From: Alphaproteobacteria bacterium
GTDB taxonomy: Bacteria > Pseudomonadota > Alphaproteobacteria > Rs-D84
Assembly: GCA_017615655.1 (NCBI GenBank)
Contig: JAFZZS010000002.1
Location: forward strand, 3,114-67,113
Reading direction: 5' to 3'
Length of the DNA stretch: 64,000 nucleotides
Positions 9,781 to 19,981 of this stretch are shown here, piece after piece. The first letter of the stretch is position 1. The number at the start of each line of letters is the position of its first letter. The notes under the pieces were generated by a model. The model worked only from the letters and a program-made list of their open reading frames with translations, searched no databases and was not told the origin of the DNA. A program made the position numbers and the translations under genes.

Positions 9781-11349
9781 ATGTCGAAATATATTTTTGT
9801 TACAGGTGGTGTTGTTTCAAGTTTAGGCAAGGGCGTTTCCGCGGCATCGTTGGGCGCCCTTCTTCAATCCCGTGGGTACAGTGTGCATGTACGTAAATTT
9901 GACCCATATTTAAATGTAGATCCAGGAACTATGTCGCCACTACAGCATGGTGAAGTCTATGTTACAAATGATGGATTTGAAACGGATTTAGATTTGGGCT
10001 ATTATGAGCGATTTTTAGGAATAAAGTTAAGCAAGCACGATTCGGTTTCTGGGGGGCGTATCTATTGGGATGTATTAAATGCGGAACGTCGCGGTGATTA
10101 CCTTGGGGCGACTGTTCAAATGATTCCGCATGTTACCAACAAAATTAAAGAATACATTGCAGAACCCACAAATACAGATTTTGTTATTTGTGAAATAGGT
10201 GGAACAGTTGGGGATATAGAAGGAAAAGTCTTTTTGGAATCTATACGTCAGTTTGCAAATGATGTCGGACGTAGAAATGTGATGTTTGCGCACTTAACTT
10301 TGGCTCCTTATTTGGAACAAAGTGGCGAGTTAAAAACCAAACCTACGCAAATGTCTGTGCGTAGATTACTAGAAAATGGTATTCAGGCAGATATTTTATT
10401 TGTTCGTTCACCAAGGATGCTTACATCAGATGAAAAAGCGAAAATAGGTATGTTCTGTAACTTGCCGGCAAAGAATGTTATTACCAGTTTAGATGTTGAT
10501 AATATCTATAAAGTGCCATTAGTTTACAATTCGCAGGATGTATTCAACATAATGGCTGGACATTTCGGATTGCCTGATGCCGCAGGTGATATGTCAAAAA
10601 TAAAAAAAATAGAACATCATCTAAATGCAGATCTACCAGTTTGCACAATCGGTATTGTTGGCAAGTATTTTGATGTAGCAGATGCGTATAAATCTTTGAA
10701 CGAGGCGCTCTTTCATGCAAGTATTCAAAATCATGTGCGTCTAAAAATAAAAAAGATAGATGCGGAAAATTTCAAACCAGAAGATTGTAGCGATATTGAT
10801 GGTATATTGGTTCCTGGGGGCTTTGGTTCGCGTGGTGTCGAGGGGAAAATTGCAGCGGCAAGGTATGCCCGTGAAAATAATATTCCTTTTATGGGAATTT
10901 GTCTTGGAATGCAGGTCGCTGTAATAGATTTTATGCGAAATGTTGTCGGTGAACAGAATGCGAATTCAACCGAATTTTCAAAAAATTGTACGCCTGTTAT
11001 CGATATAATGCACGATTGTGATAAAGAAAATATGGGCGGAACATTACGTCTTGGGGCCTATCCTTGTGTTATCAAACCTGGGACACTTGCAGAAAGGGTT
11101 TATGGTTCAAACAATATTTCTGAACGGCATCGTCATAGGTACGAAGTCAATATTAAATACAAAGATGCTCTTGAGAAAAATGGTATGGTAATTTCAGGCA
11201 TGTCGCCTGATGGGAAATTACCTGAAATGATAGAAATTCCGACGCATAAATTTTTTATTGCTGGTCAATTTCACCCAGAATTTCAAAGTAACCCATTTAC
11301 TGGGCACCCGTTATTTAATGCTTTTATAGCCGCTGCAAAAGACAAGTAA
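9781..11349 (+). CDS. pyrG: CTP synthase
   Basis: MSKYIFVTGGVVSSLGKG N-terminus, glutamine amidotransferase domain (GICLGMQ, HRHRYE). Start set at the internal Met 9781. Confidence 0.93.
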   Translation: MSKYIFVTGGVVSSLGKGVSAASLGALLQSRGYSVHVRKFDPYLNVDPGTMSPLQHGEVYVTNDGFETDLDLGYYERFLGIKLSKHDSVSGGRIYWDVLNAERRGDYLGATVQMIPHVTNKIKEYIAEPTNTDFVICEIGGTVGDIEGKVFLESIRQFANDVGRRNVMFAHLTLAPYLEQSGELKTKPTQMSVRRLLENGIQADILFVRSPRMLTSDEKAKIGMFCNLPAKNVITSLDVDNIYKVPLVYNSQDVFNIMAGHFGLPDAAGDMSKIKKIEHHLNADLPVCTIGIVGKYFDVADAYKSLNEALFHASIQNHVRLKIKKIDAENFKPEDCSDIDGILVPGGFGSRGVEGKIAAARYARENNIPFMGICLGMQVAVIDFMRNVVGEQNANSTEFSKNCTPVIDIMHDCDKENMGGTLRLGAYPCVIKPGTLAERVYGSNNISERHRHRYEVNIKYKDALEKNGMVISGMSPDGKLPEMIEIPTHKFFIAGQFHPEFQSNPFTGHPLFNAFIAAAKDK

Positions 11350-11679
11350 TTATTTGCCAAAAATAAAATCTGGATTTGATGATATTGCTATGATTGTATC
11401 AATATCATCGTTTTCAGATGTGTGTTGCCGAATCGTTTTTCCGCATTTTTCACACTTGTGCGTGATAATATAACCATCTTTGGATGGAGTTACGGAAATT
11501 GGTTTCATCATACCACCACATGTTGCTTTTCGATCACCTGGGGTTTCATCTACGTGACGGGACCACAAGCATTTTGGGCAATGATTTGTATAACCATTAC
11601 CCAAAACAGATGTCCCGCAATTCTCACAAATAAAATTCTCAATGCGTTTTATAAATTTTTTCATACTATCACAGACCAA
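11350..11679 (-). CDS. RNHCP-domain zinc-ribbon protein
   Basis: CENCG...NHCPKC...C..C pattern typical of RNHCP domain; 109 aa. Overlaps the upstream gapR-like gene by 11 nt. Confidence 0.6.
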   Translation of the reverse strand: MVCDSMKKFIKRIENFICENCGTSVLGNGYTNHCPKCLWSRHVDETPGDRKATCGGMMKPISVTPSKDGYIITHKCEKCGKTIRQHTSENDDIDTIIAISSNPDFIFGK

Positions 11680-11917
11680 GCGCGGTTCGGTACATTTGTG
11701 TCAATTCGTCGGTTTCATCTAATTCATCTGGGTCCATTTTACGCAGGCGTATCATCTGGCGAATATATTTTGGATCATATCCAGCAGATTTTGCCTCGCT
11801 GTAAATTTCTTTGATATCGGCAGCTATTGCGGCACTATCTTCGTTTAATTTTTCGATTCGTTCGATGATACTAAGTAATTGTTGATTATCAAAGTTACCA
11901 TGATTTTCGTTTTTCAT
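11669..11917 (-). CDS. gapR: GapR-like nucleoid-associated protein (DUF2312/UPF0335)
   Basis: LLSIIERIEKLNEDSAAIAADIKEIYSEAKSAGYD...LGL closely matches the alphaproteobacterial GapR consensus; 82 aa. Confidence 0.75.
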   Translation of the reverse strand: MKNENHGNFDNQQLLSIIERIEKLNEDSAAIAADIKEIYSEAKSAGYDPKYIRQMIRLRKMDPDELDETDELTQMYRTALGL

Positions 11918-12000
11918 AGATGTTTTCCCCTTGTTAAGTTCAGCTTTTTATGATATACAATAAAACATAAAAATCAATAAAAACACGAGAGATTGTAAAA

Positions 12001-13374
12001 ATGACAAGATTCACCAAGATTACCGCATCTGTGGGCCCAAGTTGCGAAACAGAACGCGTGTTAAGACAGATGATTTCTATGGGTGTTAACGTTTGTCGAA
12101 TAAATTTCAGTCATGATACTGGCGAAGTTCAAGGTCATAAAATAGACTTAATTCGTAAAATATCTGATGAACTTGGGATGCCTGTTGGAATAATGGTTGA
12201 TTTGCAGGGACCAAAGCATCGTATTGGTAATTTTGCAACCGAAGAAAAATATCAAATTAAACCAGGACAAACATTTAGATTTGATTCTGATATGACCCCA
12301 GGAAATGCGAATCGGGTTCAGTTGCCAGATACTGATGTGATGAAATCTTTGCGGGTAGGGGACAGAATATTATTAAATGATGGTAAAATCGAAATGCAAG
12401 TATCGGAAATTATGCCAGACGCGGTTCGTGCCAAGGTTGTTCGTGGAACAGAGATTTGGTCGCGGCGCGGATTTAATTTGCCGGATACCGATATAAAAAC
12501 ATCCGTGCTAACAGACAAGGATAGGGCAGATTTAGAATATGCTTTGACCAAGAATCCAGATTGGGTCGCTGTATCGTTTGTTCAACGACCAGAAGATATT
12601 GCCGAGGTTCGTGATTTTATAACACAACGTACATCCAGACCAATCAAAATTATGGCAAAAATAGAACGTAAAAATGCAGTGGAAAAAATTGCAGATATTG
12701 CATCTATTGCAGATGGTATTATGATTGCGCGTGGTGATTTAGCCATAGAATTGCCGTATGAACAGGTACCGGCTATTTCACGTCATATTATACGCGAATG
12801 TCGTCGATTAAATCGCCCGGTAATTATGGCAACGCAAATGTTGGGGTCGATGGTTGAAAATGAATTTCCAACACGTGCAGAGATAAGCGATGTCGCTAAT
12901 GCAGCATATTTACATGTTGATTCAACAATGACATCCGAAGAAACAACGATTGGTTCTAATCCAGTCAAAGTAATTGAAACCATGGATAAAATTTTATCTT
13001 ATTCTGATATGGATGCCATAGCTAATCCAGATGATAGAAAAAATATAGAAAATGTTGCAGAAAATGATTGGTCACGGTCCGTGTCTTCTATGGCGTTTTT
13101 GAATCATGCGGTAGCAATAGTCGTTTTTGCACGTGATACAATTTCCGCCACAGAAATTTCGTCTAGGCGTCCAGATGTTCCAATTATAGCAGTATGCGAA
13201 GACAAATTGATTGCAAACCAGTTGTGTGTTTTACGTGGAGTACAACCCGTGTATACACCGGATTTATTTGCACAGCGCGATGCATATGCAGTTGCACATT
13301 TACTAAATCTTAAACCAGATAAGATAGTTATTGTTGATCAGGATAAAGTAAGTTTACGCAGTATAGATGAATAA
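12001..13374 (+). CDS. pyk: Pyruvate kinase
   Basis: KITASVGPS, RINFSHD and MVDLQGPKHRIG motifs, C-terminal regulatory domain; 457 aa. Confidence 0.9.
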   Translation: MTRFTKITASVGPSCETERVLRQMISMGVNVCRINFSHDTGEVQGHKIDLIRKISDELGMPVGIMVDLQGPKHRIGNFATEEKYQIKPGQTFRFDSDMTPGNANRVQLPDTDVMKSLRVGDRILLNDGKIEMQVSEIMPDAVRAKVVRGTEIWSRRGFNLPDTDIKTSVLTDKDRADLEYALTKNPDWVAVSFVQRPEDIAEVRDFITQRTSRPIKIMAKIERKNAVEKIADIASIADGIMIARGDLAIELPYEQVPAISRHIIRECRRLNRPVIMATQMLGSMVENEFPTRAEISDVANAAYLHVDSTMTSEETTIGSNPVKVIETMDKILSYSDMDAIANPDDRKNIENVAENDWSRSVSSMAFLNHAVAIVVFARDTISATEISSRRPDVPIIAVCEDKLIANQLCVLRGVQPVYTPDLFAQRDAYAVAHLLNLKPDKIVIVDQDKVSLRSIDE

Positions 13375-13620
13375 TTACTTTGTAATGGGTGGCATACATT
13401 CGCTGCCATCTAGTGGACAACAAACGAACCCGATTCCGTCAATATCTTTTAATTCTTCACCAGGGCAACATCCATTGATATCCGGACTAGCGTTGTCTTT
13501 GCAGGCAAATTCTGGAATATCAAGATTTGTGTAATACACACTTGTAATATATGCGGTTACAGTTGCTGTTACAACCGCGGTAATAACACATGCAATTATA
13601 ATTTTATATATGGTTTTCAT
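13375..13620 (-). CDS. Small membrane-anchored Cys-rich protein (81 aa, 6 Cys)
   Basis: N-terminal hydrophobic helix IIIACVITAVVTATVTAYI followed by a CC/CC-containing tail. Lies 27 nt downstream of the lpoA-like gene on the same strand. Confidence 0.4.
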   Translation of the reverse strand: MKTIYKIIIACVITAVVTATVTAYITSVYYTNLDIPEFACKDNASPDINGCCPGEELKDIDGIGFVCCPLDGSECMPPITK

Positions 13621-13647
13621 GGTTTTTTCCCTTTACTATTTTGTGTT

Positions 13648-15237
13648 TTATTCTGATATCTCGATTGAATCTATGTATGTACGACTAACATTTTCTAATG
13701 GTACGGGTTGATAATTTTCTGCGGTTATAGAAAATTCGTCGTTGTTTGCTGGCAGAATAGTTGCTGGTTGAAATGCGGAACTTGATGCACTTGATCTACT
13801 TACTCCGTAGGTTTTTGAACGATACTTGCCACGAAACCGATCCGGAATATTTATATAATCCATTGGGTTAACCCCTGGGGACCGCAATGACATTTCATCA
13901 GCAGGTGATATGTATGTATCATTTATTTTGTATACAGGAATTGTAAACGCGGATACCGGTGTTTTTGCAGTGGTCATAGTTCCATCTCCGTTTAACCTAA
14001 CGATACGCAATGCGCGTTCATTAAGTCCATTTGGACGTAATCTAAATAAACCATTGTTTCCGATATACCCGCTGGCATTCATAAGGTATGATGCCGCACC
14101 AGATTGTGAATATATTGCACCAATGGCTAAGATTGTTGCATCATACCCAAGTGCCGCCATTCTTGGTGCGGGCTTGGTTGTTGCGGATTCATAAATGTTA
14201 TTAAATTCAGATGGCAATTCTGGTAATGTGGCAAAAACCGCCCCTGTCATGGTTAAGTCTGAGGCGATATCACCTTCTTCCCACATAGGTGTACCATAAA
14301 ATTGCGCGTCACGAACCCCCAACCCATAGTACCGCAAGAACGATGCCAGTGATTTTGTATCTTCGCCATTGCCAAGGAATAACACCGAATCGTATGGCAA
14401 TGTCCCAAGTGTATCCGTGCGATTAATTTTTTCCAATTGTCGTACAAGTGATGATTTTTCAACTTGGGATATATTTTCATGGTTAATTATTGCGGATAAT
14501 ATTTCTTTGGCACGTGTGTTCGCTGCATTTCTAGCCGTATACATTGATGCATCCATTGCGGCATTTTTAATAGATTCTGTATCATGCTCGTTATAATAGA
14601 ATACACCAATATTATTTATGTCATATAATCTGGTTATTGATTGTGCGGCACCGGCCATCAAGCGTCCCGAAGAATTATTCGGCGCAATTATTATAAAGTT
14701 TCGTCCACCCATAGCATTCATTTCTTGCAATATGGCTTCAATTGTATTTGTTGGCATTACCGCCATACTAAATACCCCATCACCGACAGCAGATGTGTCA
14801 GATGTGAAAGAAAGTGCCGGTATACCAGATGGCTTCATATCACGCAAAATTTTTGCGTTTTCCGAAAATACAGGTCCGATTATAATTTCTGGATCAGATG
14901 CGATAGCGGCCTGAATAGTTTGGGTAACATTATCAACGCCAGTGTCATAAAATTCCATTTTCAATCCTGATGGTGCGAATCGTATATATGCGGCCTCGAT
15001 TGCGGGTAATAATGTCATGCCAATACTTGCCTTTGGACCAGTGGTTGGTAACAGAACCGCGATTTTATGATTGTCAGATGTTCCATAAAGTCCCGCACTA
15101 AATGTCCCATATTGTAATTCTGCGGGTGTTGATGTGGTCGTTTTATCGTATTCTGAATACCATCGATTTCCACCGCCACACCCTGCTAATAATGGCAGTA
15201 ACACTAAGAAAGAAAGTAATCTTGTTATAATATGCAT
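13648..15237 (-). CDS. LpoA-like lipoprotein (penicillin-binding protein activator / type-I periplasmic binding fold)
   Basis: Lipobox LLAGC after the signal peptide, PBP1-type binding fold. Divergent from rsmI exactly as in the yraL/yraM (rsmI/lpoA) pair. Start set at MHIITRLL (ATG at 15235-15237). Confidence 0.6.
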   Translation of the reverse strand: MHIITRLLSFLVLLPLLAGCGGGNRWYSEYDKTTTSTPAELQYGTFSAGLYGTSDNHKIAVLLPTTGPKASIGMTLLPAIEAAYIRFAPSGLKMEFYDTGVDNVTQTIQAAIASDPEIIIGPVFSENAKILRDMKPSGIPALSFTSDTSAVGDGVFSMAVMPTNTIEAILQEMNAMGGRNFIIIAPNNSSGRLMAGAAQSITRLYDINNIGVFYYNEHDTESIKNAAMDASMYTARNAANTRAKEILSAIINHENISQVEKSSLVRQLEKINRTDTLGTLPYDSVLFLGNGEDTKSLASFLRYYGLGVRDAQFYGTPMWEEGDIASDLTMTGAVFATLPELPSEFNNIYESATTKPAPRMAALGYDATILAIGAIYSQSGAASYLMNASGYIGNNGLFRLRPNGLNERALRIVRLNGDGTMTTAKTPVSAFTIPVYKINDTYISPADEMSLRSPGVNPMDYINIPDRFRGKYRSKTYGVSRSSASSSAFQPATILPANNDEFSITAENYQPVPLENVSRTYIDSIEISE

Positions 15238-15285
15238 TGAAAAATCCATTTTATTCTGTATTATTCTACTACAAAGGATTAATAA

Positions 15286-16083
15286 ATGCAAACGGGGCTT
15301 TATATTGTTGGTACGCCAATCGGAAATTTATCTGATATGTCGCCACGTGCCATAGATATTTTAAAAAATGTTGATTTAATTGCCGCCGAAGATACACGTG
15401 TTTTTGGTAAGATTGCGTCACATTTTGATATAAAAACACCACGCGTATCATGTCACGAATATAATGAGCGTAGGGTAATAAATGAAATTTTGGATAAAGT
15501 AAAAAATGGTGCATCAATTGCGGTTGTGTCAGATGCCGGTATGCCAGGCATAAGTGATCCTGGGTTCAGAATTGTTCGGGCGGCGCGCGATATGGGTGTG
15601 CCGGTGTTTATGGTACCTGGACCAACAGCGGTTATTTCGGGATTGGTACTAAGTGGTTTTCCAACTGATAGGTTTACGTTTTGTGGGTTTTTTGATGAAA
15701 AAAAGTTACGTGATGATAACAAGATTCGCCATACAATTGTTTACTATGAAAGTCCAAATCGCATAAAAGCTACGATAGCTGCAATTGTAAAGGTTATGCC
15801 GGAACGACAAATTGCAATTGTTCGTGAAATAACAAAAATGCATGAACAGACTATTGTTGGGTATCCTGCTGACCTGATGAATATTGATGCGCCACGTGGC
15901 GAAATAGTTATTGTCGTTGCACCCGCACCAGAGCATAAAATGTCCGATAATGAGATAGCAGAAATTGTTAACCAAGTCGCCGCAGATTCTACCAAGGGGG
16001 CTGCTGCAGATTTAGCGATGCGTACGGGTATATCAAAGAAAGAAGCGTATAATAGGTTACTAAAACGGGGCGAGAAGGAATGA
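15286..16083 (+). CDS. rsmI: 16S rRNA (cytidine1402-2'-O)-methyltransferase RsmI
   Basis: LYIVGTPIGNLSDMSPRA...AAEDTR tetrapyrrole-methylase-fold motifs; 265 aa. Confidence 0.88.
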   Translation: MQTGLYIVGTPIGNLSDMSPRAIDILKNVDLIAAEDTRVFGKIASHFDIKTPRVSCHEYNERRVINEILDKVKNGASIAVVSDAGMPGISDPGFRIVRAARDMGVPVFMVPGPTAVISGLVLSGFPTDRFTFCGFFDEKKLRDDNKIRHTIVYYESPNRIKATIAAIVKVMPERQIAIVREITKMHEQTIVGYPADLMNIDAPRGEIVIVVAPAPEHKMSDNEIAEIVNQVAADSTKGAAADLAMRTGISKKEAYNRLLKRGEKE

Positions 16084-16634
16084 TAAAATTCATAGGCGCT
16101 TTTGAAAGGGTTTGTGATTTGCCAAAAACTCAGTTTGCCGAATATGCTTTCGCAGGGCGCAGTAATGTAGGTAAATCATCGTTGATAAACGCGGTTGTTG
16201 GAATGCAAATTGCGCGTACATCTAATACCCCGGGGCGTACACAAACACTTAATGTATTTAATATTAATGATAAAGTAACGATTGTTGATTTGCCTGGTTA
16301 TGGCTATGCAAAAGTATCAAAGAAAGAAGCAGAAAATTGGATGTTACGCTTTCAAGAGTATATAATGACACGGCGACAACTTAAGAGATTGTTCATTTTA
16401 ATTGATTCACGAATCGGACCACGAAATTCGGATATGGATTTAATGGAATTCTGTGATAAAAATGGAATTTCTTATCAAATCATTTATACCAAGAAAGATA
16501 AAAAAATACGAGAACATAATCAGGTAGAAATATCCGCGGACGTGCATCCGGCAATGATTGCAAACATTTTGGAAACGTCGGCAGAAAAAAGACATGGGAT
16601 TGATAAATTAAGGGTCATAATTGGTATCAAATAA
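16080..16634 (+). CDS. engB: Ribosome biogenesis GTPase YihA/EngB
   Basis: G1 motif GRSNVGKSSLINA, DLPGYG. 4-nt overlap with the rsmI stop. Confidence 0.88.
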   Translation: MIKFIGAFERVCDLPKTQFAEYAFAGRSNVGKSSLINAVVGMQIARTSNTPGRTQTLNVFNINDKVTIVDLPGYGYAKVSKKEAENWMLRFQEYIMTRRQLKRLFILIDSRIGPRNSDMDLMEFCDKNGISYQIIYTKKDKKIREHNQVEISADVHPAMIANILETSAEKRHGIDKLRVIIGIK

Positions 16635-19149
16635 TAATATTTTTTGTGTTTCTAATCCGGCAAAGATGCTGGATGGGTTGTGGCATGTTATTTGTGAATC
16701 TGGAATAGATTTATCCAATATTCTTGTTTTTGTACCAAGTCGCCGTTCTGCGCGTAGCGTAGAAAAGATGATTGTTGATAAAGTTGGGCATGCAGTCATT
16801 TTACCAAAAATAATTCCATTAGGTGTGGGTGTTGATGGCGAAGATATCGAAGAATATAATAATTCTAAAACTGTATCTGAACTGGAACGTATAATTACGA
16901 TGTCATATTTGCTTGCCAAAATTCCAAGTATACAAAATATTACATCTGCGATTCCTGTTGCGCGTACCTTGGTTACGATGCAGGATTATTTGGAAAATAG
17001 TGGCATAGATATAGCGGATATAAACTGGGCAGAATTGGTTGATGAAAAGTATGCACAGCATTTTCAGGAAAAAGCTAAAATCTTATCTGTTTTGGGAAAT
17101 GTCGAAAAAAATATTTTTAATGGACGAGATACCGAAACGAAAGCCAGAAATTCCGCTGTATACAAATGGTGCGATTATGTAAAAAAATTACCAGATGATA
17201 ATTCTTTAATTATTGTATGTGGGTCTACGGCAAGTGTGCCTGTTACGAAAAAATTGATGAGCGTTATCGCAAGTTTGAAAAATGGAAGAATAATTTTATC
17301 TGGAAAAATTTCAGGTAACGTAGATGACTTTAAATTAGATACAAACCCATATAATGCAGAGTATAAATTTTTATCTGATATTGGTTTAAGTCCAAAAGAC
17401 GTTCAAGAAATATATGTTGGCGATTCTCACATAGATTTTATGAATTTAGCATTTGGAAACACATTCACTAATGATGCGGGGTACGATTTATCTAATTGTC
17501 ATATTATCGAGGCAAATCGTGAATCTGAAGAAGCGGCTATTGCCGCAGAAATTGCGGCACGTGCAGTAAAGGCGAATAAATCTGTTTTAATAATAACACC
17601 TGATGCCGCCGGAAATCAGCGGTTGTTGACAGAATTTAATCGTCGTGGCATTGTCGCAGATTTTTCCGGTGGTGTATCTGGTATAGCAACGCCAGCGGGC
17701 AGGGCAATTCTAAATCTGTTTGATGACTGGATAGAAACAGGTAACAGTAATTTTGAAAATATTTATTCTTTATTTAATTTTGATTTATTCAATACGGTGG
17801 CCGAAATAATTAACCGATTTGAAGATGATTTATTACCAGTTGTTGTATTAGATGATTCCGCATCAGTTCAAGTTTGGATGGAAATTAAAAAATTATCTGA
17901 TTGCTTAAATTCGCAGAACATTAGGCTTTCAATAAAAGATGCACGTGCATTTATAGCAGATACACTATCAAAAATGCGTGTTCGCGCCCCTATGAATGAT
18001 ATGGCTCGCGTTGTTGTACTTGGAACAATAGAATCACGTATGCAGACCGCAGATGTTGTAATTTTAACTGGGTTAAATGAAGGTATGTTTCCATCTATGG
18101 GATATGCTAATCCATGGCTACCACGGGGGGTGTCCGATAAAATTGGTTTGCCGTCACCTAATCACAAAGTATCATTAATGGCACTTGATTTTATGACTTT
18201 GTCTTGTGGTCCCGATGTTTATTGGTTGCGCAGCAGGGTTTCTGGGGGTGTTCAAACCCAAGAATCACGATTTTTATCGCGTGTTATGGCCGCGCATGGA
18301 ATTTTTGATAAAAGTGCCGCAGGTGAAATGTTAAGAGCAGTGCGATTACGTGATATTGTTCCAGCCAAGTCATTGTCTTATCTTGATCCGACACCACCAG
18401 CCGATAGGTCTGATGTGTACGTTACGTCATTAGAAGTGTTGATACATAATCCATATGCATTTTATGTAAAGCATATATTACATTTGTCACCGCTAAAAGA
18501 TTTTTGGGTTGGTAGTGATGCGCGTGATTTTGGCATTTTGGTTCATGATGTTTTAGAGCACGCCCCACAAAATGCGACATCAGAATATTTGGTCAGTAAA
18601 ATGGATGAGGCGGCGCATGAACTAATCGGGCAAAATAATTTAATTTTCTATATATGGCATAAACGTTTTCAGGAAATTGCGCCAGTTGCCGCACAAATGT
18701 TGGCAGATACATCAGGCGCCAGTGTAGAAATTAGTGGCAGTGTAAATATAAATGGACGAACCATTCGTGCACGTGCAGACCGGGTTTGGAATGATGGGGT
18801 TTTGGACATAAAAACTGGGTTAGCACCAACACGTGCCCAGATTATGAAGGGTAATATGCCCCAGTTACCATTAGAGGCATTAATGTTAAAAAATGGCGGA
18901 TTCAAACCGTATACGTCAAGTTTATCAAAGACCCCAGTTATGAAATTTTTACAATTAAAATCCCATGATGTTCGTTTGATAGAGTATAATTCAGAAGAAA
19001 CTGATAATGCCATAAATGCGACATATAATAAAGTTGTTGAAGTGTTTAATATGTATTCACGCGATGGCTCCGCTTATAAGTATTTACCAACCAATGATCC
19101 GAAATACAGGGATATAGATGATTTTGCACGTGTTAGTGAACGTGATTAA
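16621..19149 (+). CDS. PD-(D/E)XK nuclease superfamily protein, AddB-like (double-strand break repair)
   Basis: 842 aa. C-terminal RADRVWNDGVLDIKTG matches the GRIDRxD...DYKTG nuclease motif of AddB/RecB-family nucleases. No AddA-like helicase gene adjacent. Confidence 0.5.
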   Translation: MVSNNNIFCVSNPAKMLDGLWHVICESGIDLSNILVFVPSRRSARSVEKMIVDKVGHAVILPKIIPLGVGVDGEDIEEYNNSKTVSELERIITMSYLLAKIPSIQNITSAIPVARTLVTMQDYLENSGIDIADINWAELVDEKYAQHFQEKAKILSVLGNVEKNIFNGRDTETKARNSAVYKWCDYVKKLPDDNSLIIVCGSTASVPVTKKLMSVIASLKNGRIILSGKISGNVDDFKLDTNPYNAEYKFLSDIGLSPKDVQEIYVGDSHIDFMNLAFGNTFTNDAGYDLSNCHIIEANRESEEAAIAAEIAARAVKANKSVLIITPDAAGNQRLLTEFNRRGIVADFSGGVSGIATPAGRAILNLFDDWIETGNSNFENIYSLFNFDLFNTVAEIINRFEDDLLPVVVLDDSASVQVWMEIKKLSDCLNSQNIRLSIKDARAFIADTLSKMRVRAPMNDMARVVVLGTIESRMQTADVVILTGLNEGMFPSMGYANPWLPRGVSDKIGLPSPNHKVSLMALDFMTLSCGPDVYWLRSRVSGGVQTQESRFLSRVMAAHGIFDKSAAGEMLRAVRLRDIVPAKSLSYLDPTPPADRSDVYVTSLEVLIHNPYAFYVKHILHLSPLKDFWVGSDARDFGILVHDVLEHAPQNATSEYLVSKMDEAAHELIGQNNLIFYIWHKRFQEIAPVAAQMLADTSGASVEISGSVNINGRTIRARADRVWNDGVLDIKTGLAPTRAQIMKGNMPQLPLEALMLKNGGFKPYTSSLSKTPVMKFLQLKSHDVRLIEYNSEETDNAINATYNKVVEVFNMYSRDGSAYKYLPTNDPKYRDIDDFARVSERD

Positions 19150-19913
19150 TTTATTTTTAACATCAACCCGCAATGATCTGTAGATTTTTCTGCGGAACGT
19201 GGGCAACGGTCAATTTCGCATGCAGATATAAATTTTTGTGCGGATTTGTTTGCCAAAAAGTAGTCTAACCGCAGACCATTGTTGTGTTCAAGGCTTTTCT
19301 GTCGATAACTAAACCATGTGTATCCAATTTCTTTTGGATGCATATAACGCCAGGCATCCACCCATCCAGCATTTAACCATTTTTGCATAATTTCACGTGC
19401 CGCAGGTGCCGAAATACTTGACCCCAGATAATTTTTAGGGTTCCATATATCACGATCTTCAATTGCAACGTTAAAATCACCACCAATTATAACCGCTTCT
19501 TCGGAATCAAGGTACCGGGCAATATAGTCTGTAAATGCCCGCATCCATTCCAGTTTATATTTGAATTTTGGTGATTCTTCGGATTCGCCGTTTGGCATAT
19601 AAACATTAATTATGCGCAACCGCCCATCAATGACAGTTTCCAAAAAACGCGCATTGGGATCCGGATAATTTGGCATACCACGAATCGTGTCTTCAATAGA
19701 ATATTTTGAAAAAGTTGCGACCCCATTCCAACTTTTTTGTCCAAAAACCTTGATATTATATCCATATTCATCAAACAAGTTGTGTGGAAACGTAGAGGAT
19801 TCAACCTTTAATTCCTGGACCAAAATAGTATCATATTCTCCAGATTTTAATATATCCAAGAAAGATTCGGCATGAGCCCGTATTGAATTTATATTCAGCG
19901 TTAATATTTTCAT
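19146..19913 (-). CDS. xth: Exodeoxyribonuclease III
   Basis: MKILTLNINSIRA N-terminus, EEP-fold motifs (GGDFN, DHC); 255 aa. Confidence 0.9.
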   Translation of the reverse strand: MKILTLNINSIRAHAESFLDILKSGEYDTILVQELKVESSTFPHNLFDEYGYNIKVFGQKSWNGVATFSKYSIEDTIRGMPNYPDPNARFLETVIDGRLRIINVYMPNGESEESPKFKYKLEWMRAFTDYIARYLDSEEAVIIGGDFNVAIEDRDIWNPKNYLGSSISAPAAREIMQKWLNAGWVDAWRYMHPKEIGYTWFSYRQKSLEHNNGLRLDYFLANKSAQKFISACEIDRCPRSAEKSTDHCGLMLKIN

Positions 19914-19981
19914 ATTTGCAATATTTCCTTTTATATATATAATAGTCGTAGGATTTTATAAAAACAACAAGGATTTTTATT

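Noticed and set aside
9702-9830. Upstream in-frame extensions of comEC (to 9830) and pyrG (from 9730)
   Set aside because: The extensions lack conservation. The canonical N-termini (MKEFLD... and MSKYIFVTGG...) start at internal Mets that give a proper divergent intergenic region.
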